A DNA stretch of 64,000 nt from the human T2T-CHM13v2.0 reference genome, Homo sapiens: the NCBI RefSeq assembly GCF_009914755.1, contig NC_060927.1, one strand, 5' to 3'. A model generated the notes under the pieces. The model saw nothing but the letters and a program-made list of their open reading frames with translations. It did not search any database and had not been told where the DNA came from. Below, one piece after another: positions 13,753-23,760 of this stretch (positions are counted from its first letter, which is position 1; every line of letters starts with the position of its first letter). The translations under genes and the position numbers were made by a program.

Positions 13753-14536
13753 CAATACATAGTATTATGTATGCTCAAAAAAGTTACTTACATGCTATTG
13801 TCTCTCCCTTAGCACTCACACTCCCTCTCTTGCCCTAACTTGACCTGCTCCAGGCAAGAGCTCCCCAGTTCCCTTCCCAGCCTGCCTGTCTTCTCTCCAG
13901 CTCCAGGCAGACATCTCCAAGAACTGTTTCAACATCTCCACCTGGAACTTTCTCTCTTCACCTGAGACTTTCTCAGCACTTCTGGAAGAATATGCCCCAC
14001 AGAATGCAGCACCTTGCCCAACAAGCTTGCTCTTCCTCCTGCATTTCTCGTCTCTGGGTGGTACCACTGCCCTCCCAACATCCAGGCCCAAAACCCCAGT
14101 ATCAGCCTGCTCCCGCCACCATCCTCACCCTGACATTGGCCCATCCAGAGCTGGTGGATGCTATCCATTCCTCCACTTTATTCTCCAAACCAATCTGCCA
14201 TTGCAACAGCTACCAACGCTTTCCTGGAATCTGCCTCCCCCTCATCCATCTAATTCCTATCTCCAGCTTTTCCCACATTAACCATTTTACACCACACAAG
14301 TGGCTCAAAGAGCATAATCACATCTGCTGTGCAGCTTGGAGTCCTCAGCCTCAATCTCCCTCCATCCTCCCTCCTTTCCAGTCCTACCTCCCATTGTTTC
14401 CTTTCACAGTTGACCCTAGAGTGAAGTCAGGCTAAGCTACTGCAATCTTTTGTACACCCTCAGAACTCTCCAGGCACCACCCTTTTCCTCCAGTGGACCT
14501 CCACCTGACATTCCTTTCCCGTACCTCTCATCTTCT

Positions 14537-14968
14537 CTATTAGTCAGGGTTCTCCAGAGAAACAAAACCAGTCAGATGTGTGTGTGTGTGTACCCAGATA
14601 GAGAGAGACAAATAGAGGTATTTATTATAAGGAATTAGCTCATGAAATTGGGGGGCTGACAAGTTTAAAATCTTCAGGGCAGGCCAGAAGGCTGGAAACC
14701 CAGAGAATAGTTGATGTTGCAATCTTGAATCCAAAGGCGGTCTGGAGTCAGAGTTCCTTCTTGTGGATCTCAGTATTTTTTCTTAAGGCTTTCAACTGAA
14801 TGGATGAGGTCCACCCACATGATGGAGGGTGATCTGCTTTATTCCAAGTCTTCTGATTTCAAAGTTCATCATGCCTAAAAAATAACTCACAGCAATACCC
14901 AGACTGGTGTTTGGCCAAAAACTAGGCACCGTAGCCTAGGAAAAAATGACATAAAATTAACCATCACA
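14537..14968 (-). mobile_element. ERVL LTR, MLT2 family
   Basis: tattagtcagggttctccagagaaac...gacataaaattaaccatcaca, the reverse of the MLT2 start TGTGATGGTTAATTTTATG. Confidence 0.85.
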
Positions 14969-15009
14969 CTCCTTCAAGGCTGAGCTCTAACAGGATTGCC
15001 ACTCTAGGC

Positions 15010-15870
15010 CATTGATTCATCCAATAAATAAGTAATGAGCACTTACTATGTGTAAGGCCCTGTTCTAAATGCCAGTGATACCAAAGTAAAACAAAAGAGA
15101 TTCACACAATAAAAGAGCACGCCTGCCCTCATGGACCTTACCTTCAGAAGCCGAGAAACAGGCAATAGACAAACAAATAAAAATAATACACAAAATCCCA
15201 TTTTTAAAGTATGCCAACTAGAAAAAAACAATGCAGGGGGGAGGGATAGCAATCACAGGAGGAGGTATAGTGTTTTAAATACGGGGATTGGGAAAGACCA
15301 CACCCAGAAGGTGACGTTTAAGCAAAATCATGAGGAAGGCCACAGAGCGAGCCATGGGATAAGGGGGAGCGTGGGCTAGGCAAGGCAGTGGCAGGTGCAA
15401 ACAAGCTGGGGTGTGGGGCCCCTGGGAGGCTGAGCAGACCTCAGGGTGAAGTCAAACAGGGCTGGGGAGACAGAGCGTAGGCCTGGCCGGGCCGTGAGCA
15501 CTTCAGCTTTACCCTGACTGAGTTGGAAGCCTCTGGAAGGTTTCGAGCTGAAAGAAGACATCAATTACTCTGGCCATGACTGACCATGACAGCAGGGAAC
15601 CCAGATGACAGTAAGTAGAGGTGTGAGCAGTGGTCAAATTCTGTATATGTTTTGAAGGTAGAAAACAGGATTGACTGATGATTTGGAAAAAGGGGATGAG
15701 CAAAAGAGGGCATCCAAGACACCTCTAGGGTTGGTCACCAGCACCTGCAAGGCTGGAGTGGCCATCTTCTGAGATGGGTAGAAGAAGCCAGGAGTTAGCC
15801 ATGTTAACTCCACCCAAGCAGAGGTATGCAGTAGGCCGCTGGATGTACCATTTTGAGTTCAGAGGAGAGC
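15010..15870 (-). mobile_element. L2 LINE fragment
   Basis: gagcacttactatgtg...cctgccctcatggacctta...aagtggtcaaattctg-like segment. Confidence 0.7.
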
Positions 15871-16109
15871 TCCACAGCTCTTGGTAATGCCTCATCTCCC
15901 TACATGACAGTAAATTTCTGGAAGGCAGCAAGCGGGTCTTCTTCATCCCCAACAGCAGCTATTCCAATGCCCTGCCCATAACAGATGCACAATAAATACC
16001 TACTTAGCAGCATCTTTCGGGAATAGGAAAGACACTTATCTGGTACAGGATGGTAAAGGGCATTTGGAATATTCCATCTGTGGCTCTCAAATTCACTTTC
16101 TTAACAGTA

Positions 16110-16360
16110 CAGCACAGGGGTTGGTCATACAGGCTCTGGAACCAGACTGACTAGGTTCAAATCCTGCTGCCCTTATTTCCTACCTGTGTGACCTCAAGGA
16201 AGCCATTTAACCTCAGTTTTCTCATCTGTAAAATGGGGACAACTGCAATATCTACTTCTAGGGTGAGGACTAAATAAGGTAGGGTGAGTTACTATTTAAC
16301 AGGGCTCAGAAGAGCTCAGACACATAGAAAGAGCAGTATAAATATTAACCGTTTTAGTAC
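16110..16360 (+). mobile_element. MIR SINE
   Basis: ggctctggaaccagactg...ggttcaaatcc...ctcagttttctcatctgtaaaatgggg. Confidence 0.75.
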
Positions 16361-16738
16361 TCTACTGGGATTACTTGTTGCTCATTATGAAAACACCTTT
16401 TGACCTACTCTGGCCTATAGTCATGATTATGCCACACTGAAAAGGGCACTTATAAGGTATCATAAGACACCAGAAAATCCCAAAAGACCTCTCTAAATTA
16501 AAGAAGTGTTTAAATAAACAACCTGATTTCTTGTGCTTTATATTTCCAAAATTTGCTAATACATGATATGATCAGGTTCCATTAACCAGAGTCTATGATT
16601 AACCAAATCTCTTACCCAACTTTCTGAGTAAAATCTATTACAACAGTTCCCCCAAATCTGAGGAACTTTAGCGCTATTCCATAAAACTTGAAGGATTCCT
16701 CAGGACAAAGGGTAAAAGGCAAAGTAGGGAGTTTCAAA

Positions 16739-17016
16739 ACACACACACACACACACACACACATACATACACACACACATGCACACATCCACAAACACGC
16801 ACATACATACACACACAATGCACATAAACACACACATACACACACATACATACACATACACACATACACACAAACACATACACACATACATGCACACTCA
16901 CATACACACAAACACACACATACACTCACATACACACAAACACACACAAACGCACATACATACATACACACACACACACATACACACATATATATACACA
17001 CACACATGCACACATA
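16739..17016. repeat. Complex (CA)n/(CATA)n microsatellite, ~280 bp
   Basis: Directly visible; reads as UG-rich on the RFTN1 pre-mRNA. Confidence 0.97.
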
Positions 17017-17827
17017 TGAAAGCTGATAGGCCCCCGTAAAGAATAAATTGTAACCCTCAAGGAGGTCTGCCTATGGAACAACACGACGGGACATTTCAGG
17101 TGTAAACGCCAGAGAAAGTTGTCAGTGAGGTGCATCTGGCTTCCTGGTTGAAGAAGTGTGGAAACCTCCAATACGGGATCTTAAAGTAGCATAAGAGTTT
17201 GTCGGCATCAAACAACTGAGCCAAGCATAGCTTATGTTGATTTCCCACTTCTGGCTGGACTTGCTGCTTGCAGACACCTGAGGAGTGGCTTCCTCTCTCC
17301 TGTGAGGCTGGTTCTGAAGTACTGTACACCCCAGCAGAGGTGACAGCCACAGTACCAGCCCTCCACTGTCCCATGTAACTGGGACATCAAAGCTGCCAGC
17401 CTTCTCCATCAATCCCTGCACCCCGGAGGCAGGTCAAATCCAGGAAAACTCTAAACGAAGCTTTCAAGTACCCCAAATGGTGTCTCCTCCATCTCAGTCC
17501 TGGCAGGGAGCCATCACTGCAGAATGTGACCTGATTTTCCAGCTCTTTGGTTCTGGCCCACTGAGAGTGATTTTTCCTCCTGAATTCAGCCCAGGTAGGG
17601 AGTAAGTCACACAATTGCATATTTAAAAGCTGAACTGAATTCTTATTTGGAGAGCAAGGAATTAGCCGGGTTCAAGCAGTGGCTATCGCTTGCCTGCTGT
17701 ACCAATTTTTTATGAGAAAGTGTCTTGATAAAACATGCAATGCTAATAATGAAAGCCCCTTTGGGGCCCAGGAGAAAAGGGAGATTCAAACGTATGTCAA
17801 AAACTGAATGTGAATGGAAGGAAAGAT

Positions 17828-17858
17828 CACACGCACACACACACACACACACACACAC
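17828..17858. repeat. (CA)n microsatellite
   Basis: Directly visible. Confidence 0.95.
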
Positions 17859-17984
17859 CCCTTTAAAAGGTAAACACAAAAGCAACATCTGGCTAAATGT
17901 ATCCCTTTGTCAGTGAAAAATAGCAGAAGCCCTAGCCAAGTGTGTTACCAATTCTTAAACTGAAGGGTAAAAAAAAACACCACA

Positions 17985-18197
17985 GAGCAGCACTGTCAAA
18001 CAGAACTTTCAGCAATGATGAAACTACTATCTGTGCTATCCAATTCAGTAGCCACTAACCACACGTGGCTCTGGGCCACTTGAAATGCGGTGAGTGAGAC
18101 GGAAGGACTGAATTTTAAATTTTCTTTTCTTTTAATTCATTACATTTAAATGTAAATAGCCACATGTAACTAGTGGCTACTGTATTGAACAGTTCAG
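17985..18197. mobile_element. MER3 hAT MITE
   Basis: ctgtcaaacagaactttcagcaatgatg...gtagccactaaccacacgtggct...aatagccacatgtaactagtggctactgtattg. Confidence 0.75.
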
Positions 18198-18524
18198 CTG
18201 GCAACGTCTTTCTGTTCCTTCAATAAAATTGTAATCCTAATCAACCAATAATATTTTAAATTATCATCAAAATTAGTATAAGCCCCTGGCTGTGCCAAAC
18301 TCAGTAAGCTTAAGACAAAATGAAAACAAACAAACAACAACAAAAAAAAACTAAAGAAAATGATTGCAGTGTATCATTTCCTGTAACGCTGTTCTGATTA
18401 TCTAATTTACATTTCTATTATAATATGGCTTTGTGTATTTGGAAATCCGTGATTGTAGACAGATTTTGCCTTCAAAAAACCAGAATGTCACAGTCTCTTC
18501 CCTTAAGGTCTTAGAAAAATGAAA

Positions 18525-18700
18525 ACGTGAACTTAGGGAAAGTTAACCTTGCAAGCTTCAATTTCCTCAGGGCTGAAGTGAAGATAATATAAGTACTCGC
18601 CTCTCATGAGGATTAAATTCAGATAATGCGTGCAAAATGTACAACAGTGCCTGGCAAAGGGTAAGCACTCAGCAAGTGGCAGCTATAATTATTTGTATTT
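18525..18700 (+). mobile_element. MIR SINE
   Basis: aatttcctca...gaggattaaa...acagtgcctggca...taagcactcagcaa. Confidence 0.65.
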
Positions 18701-19784
18701 TATTAACAATATTAAAATCAGTAATAAAGAGAACAGTGTTAATACAATGAAAGTTTACACTGAACAAAATTTTCCTAGGCCCAAACCCTTTGAATGTGTT
18801 TTCCAAGCCATGGTAAAGTGCCCTCGAGTAAAATACATCGTGGGGCCCTGACATCTTGACACCCACTGTCAACCTCCAGAGAGGCGATCACCCAGATGGG
18901 TATCACGAGTCACGAAATCACTCAGCCAATGTTTACTGTGTCCCTACCCTCTGGCAGGCACTGCGCTAGGCTTTTAAGGAGGAGGGAACAGTCCCCAAAC
19001 ACAGTGCAATGTCTCAAGACTGAGCTGTCTGCCATCTGACTCCTGCAAAGCTTGGTCAGCCCTGGGACACCTTGATGGGATGCAAAACATGCATCCTGGG
19101 GTCCCACTCAGACAGAAAAGTTCACTTCCCGTTTCCTAGATCAGCCAAGGCAAGCTTTGGCTGTTGACACCACAGAGAGGGACTAAGTTATTAGGGGACC
19201 CGAGGGGCACAGGCCCATTTTCCCAGTCAGGACAATAAGAGGGGTGTTGACAGGCCATGTTTCTCACTGAGAGGCCAGATCACTTTCACAAGAGAGTCAT
19301 TCTCTGAGTCTTAACAAAGCCAAATCTGACCTGCCCCTCAAAATAAACACAACCCCTTTCAGTAGCCGGCTGACCAAGCCGGTGAAATCCAAGGGGACTC
19401 TCCACCAAGTTAATATCAACCCTACCAATAGACCAGAAATCCCCCGGGAGTTTCTAGGCAGAAGCTTAGTAAAATTCTGTGGGGCTTGGGGTTATTTTTC
19501 TTTTTATAGAAAGCACTCAATCAATCTTCTTTCACAACCAAGGGTACATTCCCCTATGGAATTCCCTTCTCTGAAAATCTCTAAAAATAAAATATTCATC
19601 TGATCGTCTGCAATGATTTAAGTTTAAACCCATTTTCAGGCAGAGTCAGGGACTTCCTATGGCCCCTCCACCTATAAAAACATGTTCCCCACTGCCTCAG
19701 ATTCCCTCTGGCCCCAGAAGAACACTAGTCAAACCATGCTCTTGACTTTAGGATAGGAAAGACAGGGCTGTAGTATCTGGAATC

Positions 19785-20680
19785 TCATACTTGTATTCTT
19801 TGCTGGTGAGACTGTAAAATGGTATAACCATGTTGGGAAAAGGTCTGGCAGTTTCTTTTCAGGTTTCCATATATCTCCTTTTTGACCCAGCAATTTACTA
19901 CTAGGTGTTTACCCATGAGAAATGAGAACACATGTCCCTACAGAGACTTGTACACAAATGTTCACGGCAGCTTTGTTCACAATAACCAAAGAAAGAAAGA
20001 AAGAAACTAGAAGAAAGAAACTAAAATAATCCATGTATCCATTAACAGAATATACAAACAAACTGTGGAGTAAGACATACTCCGGAACATAAGTCAGCAA
20101 TAAAAAAAGACCAAATCATGGATACGACATGGATGAATCTCAAAAATATGGTGAGCTTTACACAATATTGCAGAATTCCATTTACATGAAGTTCAAGAAC
20201 AAGCCAAACTCACCTATGATGAGATACAGGGCAGTGGTTGCCACTGAGAGGGTGAGGGCAGAGAATGACTGAGAATGAGGATGAAGGCACCTGCTGGGGT
20301 GACAGTAATATTCTCTGTCTTGATAAGGACTAGGGTTACACAGGTGCATGCATCTGTCAAAACATTATGCAAATGGTACTTTCCATCTTTGCACATTTCA
20401 CTATATGTATATAAATTTTATCTTAAGGAAACCATAAGCACATATTGAAGTCAAAATAATAAAATGTGTACTAAAATGTTTAGGAATGACCTGTACCAAC
20501 ATCTGTAATTTACTTTAAAGTGCATAAAACCATCAGCTGGACTTATGGATGGACACAGGGATGGCTGGATGGTTGGGGGAGGTGTGTAGTTAAGCAAAGA
20601 TGGCAAAATGTGAATTAGACTCTAGGTGTGTATATTTAGGGGGTCACTGTTCTTGCAACTTTTCTATATCTTAAAAAATG
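19785..20680 (+). mobile_element. Old L1 (L1ME-type) 3' region
   Basis: gctggtgagactgtaaaatggta...gacccagcaattt...ggatgaatctcaaaa...ttgcaacttttctatatc. Confidence 0.8.
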
Positions 20681-22578
20681 GGATGGGGATAGAGTCACAG
20701 TGTCCTCTCCTTAGTCCACCAAGTTAGAAATTTGGCAAAGCACCATGCCCCACCAAGCCATGGGACCACATACTTTCAATTCTGCTGAAAAGAGAAGACT
20801 GGAAGAACATAAGTAGCTTTACAGGAACTCACATCACTCATGCCAAAGATTTTCTGCTTGTTTCCCTACAGACAAAGCAATTATTTGAATGTAAGCCAAA
20901 AATTCCTGCTCAAGAGGGAGAAAAAGAACTCACTGACTTGTATTCCCAATTTATTATCTTTCAATTCCTGTACCAAATCTACTAGCTAACTGCACAACAC
21001 TCCACTTCCATTTGCCCCATGTCCATACAGCCAAAAAGCAAACAAAGAAAAACCAACCCAGTGACTTGATATACAAATGCAGCCAGAGGATGACGTGCCA
21101 GCTCTGGGGCTTTGAATCACTCAGGCGGGCCAGAAACCCCACTGAAGGCAAAAGAGGATGCAGAGCTCAGTCTGAGGTTAGAGTGATTTCACTGAGGTTA
21201 GCACACACGCACCAAAGAGTCCCAAACAGCTTGCTTCGTAACCCCTCTCTGGGGTTTGGTGACATCTGGGGTCACTTGAACTTCGTTGGGATTCAGCTGT
21301 TCAGAGGTACAAATTAGGAATCCCGGCAGCAGAGAGGCCCTACCCACAGGCCCAGAGGTCGCTCACATTACACCCGGCTTCCTTCCTGGCAAGGCCTTAA
21401 CTTATCCTGAGATGACACACGATGGCAGGGGTTGGAAGATGCCTAGTCTAATTGAGCGCCCAGCTCCTGAAACAGCTGTACCGACTACAAGGGTTCCAGC
21501 ACATGAGTTACTGGAAACTGGGGTGGCCACTGACAGAGATTGAGCCAGACTTTTTTTTTTTTTTTAAAGTACTTCTTGTTTGTTTGTTTTAAGCCCCCAA
21601 AGAAACTCACTGACACCACCCAGCGTCCCTAGGGATCACCCATAACCACACAGGGCAGCTGAGGGCAAGCACAGAGTCACAGACAGACAGCAGGGAGCGT
21701 GCCTGGTTCTACAACCTTGGCCTCCACGCGGTTCTTGCTGCCAAAGGCAGCGACACCGGAGGTGAAGGGCACCAGCCCTGGCCTAGGACTGGGGTGCGCG
21801 TGCCTGACAACGGGGCTTCCCGAAATACACAACCACCTCCTCCTCGCCCAGACCCATATCCATCCTGGCGTCCCTCGAGTCTACAGAAGTGGGTTAAGAC
21901 AAGGGAAGAAAATCCCTTACAGAAGAGGAGATCCCCGTTTTCAGTGCTGGGGACTCTCGGCACCCGCGTCCCTGTGCTTCTAGTGGTTCCGGCGCTTCCT
22001 CGGAGCGCGCGGCATGTCTGCTCCTACACGTCCAGCACCTCTGTCCCCAGAGCAAACCCACCTCCCAGGGCACACGCAGAGGGGCAGTCAGGCACCGCCT
22101 CCACCCTGCCCCACCCAGGCCGCGCGCACCCCGGAAACCTGGACTCCGCGACCAGCTCCCTCCTGTTCTTTTCCGAGGACCCCAGCGGCAGTGTGTCCTG
22201 GACCCACCTGTAGCCTCCAAGCTCCCCCACCTCTGCGTCCTTCCTAGGCGCTTCTGAGCCTGCAGAGCCTACGACCCCCAACAGGCTGCTCCGAAGTGCC
22301 TCTCCCTACATCGCTCCAGGAATGACTCCCCTACACCCGTTCCCCGCAAAAAAAAGTTGGCCCAAGATCCAGGCGTCCCAAGGATCAGCCCAGGTCCCCA
22401 TCCGACGCGGGCCAGGGGGTGCTGCTCTGGCAGCTCCGGAGCCCCGGCAAAGAGCAACCTGCAGGGAGGCGCCACGCGCGGTTCCCACTACCCGCCAGAG
22501 ACCCGGTCCATGGGGCCAAACGGAGGGGCCTGTGCCGGTCGACACCCCAAGCCCTGTCGCGCCCCCCCCGCCGCCTAC

Positions 22579-22661
22579 CGTATGGGACCGGCGGAGGAGA
22601 AGGCGCGGTCGCGGGCTCCCTGAGGCAGCGTGTTCCGTCCCGGGAGGAAAGTTTGTGCCAT
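22579..22661 (-). other. Upstream ORF in RFTN1 exon 1 that continues into exon 2; 29 codons
   Basis: Only ATG seen in predicted exon 1 (22661-22659). The frame stays open to the donor, then reads CG|C TGC TGA in exon 2. Confidence 0.6.
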
Positions 22662-22850
22662 ACAGAGGAGGCGGCGCGGGGAGGACTTGGGCGCCGGTGG
22701 GTGGAGGCGTGGGCGGTGGCGCCGCGTGGTCGTGTGTCTGTCCCTCCGGCGATCGGTGCGTCTGTCCCTCGCCGGAGCCCGCGGCCGCCGCGCTCTCGCT
22801 CGCTGCGCCCAGCGCCCGGCGCGCTCCGGCTCCAGCCCCGACGCGCCCCC
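22579..22850 (-). other. RFTN1: RFTN1 non-coding exon 1 (5' end approximate)
   Basis: Lies in the only CpG island upstream of the ATG exon. Best minus-strand donor is ACG|GTAGGC at 22579/22578, followed by G-runs. The TSS is inferred, not directly visible. Confidence 0.75.
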
Positions 22851-22878
22851 GCTGCCGCCGCCGCGCGTCCGCCGGCTA

Positions 22879-22893
22879 CACTTCCTCTTCCTC
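22879..22893 (-). promoter_or_regulatory. Tandem ETS/PU.1-type site near the predicted TSS
   Basis: Minus strand GAGGAAGAGGAAGTG matches the PU.1/SPI-B GAGGAAGTG core. Confidence 0.5.
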
Positions 22894-23564
22894 TGAACTC
22901 ATGTGCAAAATATGCTACGCTGCATCTTCAGGGAAAGCCTCGCGGCCCCTGACAGCAGCCGCTGGAGCGGTGGGCCCGCCCAGCTCTCCCCGCGCCCCCT
23001 CGGAGTTCCGCCCGGTCACCTCCACGCGGCCGAGCTGCAAGCGACCCTGGCAGCCTCAGAACCCAGGGGTCAGGGGCTCATCGATCCTCCCTCCCAGCCC
23101 CTCCTAATCAAGGTTGTGTGCTGTCAGGAAGAGCGCCTGGGAGACAAGGATCCTTCAAGATTTGAGCCAGGATGCTGAAAGGGCGACTGCCATCAAGGTG
23201 CTGATGGCTGGGGGTGGGGTTGGGGCCGACTTGAGAGAGGACCATTTCTCGACCCCATTCCACAGGTGGGAGCATCCCTAAACATCTCAGGTGCTGCTGA
23301 AATTATCTCTTGCGAGTTAGTGCTTCAGGGAAGGGTAATGCCACTGTCTCCGTTGCCATCCCTTGGTCTACCTACTTAAGATGTCCAGAGGTTTGAGAAG
23401 ATCTGGAGAATCACCTTGCGTGGCAACTTGAGGCACCCAGGGAGAAAATTATATAAAGAGTGAAGCACTAGTAAACCAGGCTGCATTAGTAAAGTGAAGA
23501 TGTGATGTGAGGCAAGGAGCCATTAGAAAATATTTTCTTCCTAAAACTAAACCAAGCAGAATTA

Positions 23565-23760
23565 CAGTGTAGGGGTTAAGAGGGGGAACTTTAAAGTCAA
23601 ATAATCAGGGTTGGATTCCTGGCTTTAGTACTTACTGGCTGTGTGACTTTGGGTAAGTGACTTAACTGCTCTGGGCCTATTTGTCACATGGCACTTCTTC
23701 GTGGGTTATTATATGTAAAGTGTTTAGCAACCACTCTATAACTTAGCTATTATCATTATT
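23565..23760 (+). mobile_element. MIR SINE
   Basis: ggttaagag...cttactggctgtgtgactttgggtaagtgacttaac...tagctattatcatt. Confidence 0.7.

Larger units (their letters stand above)
21950..23090. promoter_or_regulatory. CpG island / TATA-less RFTN1 promoter
   Basis: Very high GC and CpG density against CpG-poor flanks; GC boxes such as GGGCGG at 22711-22716. Confidence 0.92.

Noticed and set aside
16612-17039. His/Thr- and Cys/Val-rich ORFs
   Set aside because: Translation of the CA/TG microsatellite.
22322-23107. 261-aa plus-strand ORF and overlapping ORFs in the CpG island
   Set aside because: Pro/Arg/Ala/Gly-rich open frames are expected in GC-rich, stop-poor DNA; no recognisable domain; antisense to RFTN1 exon 1.
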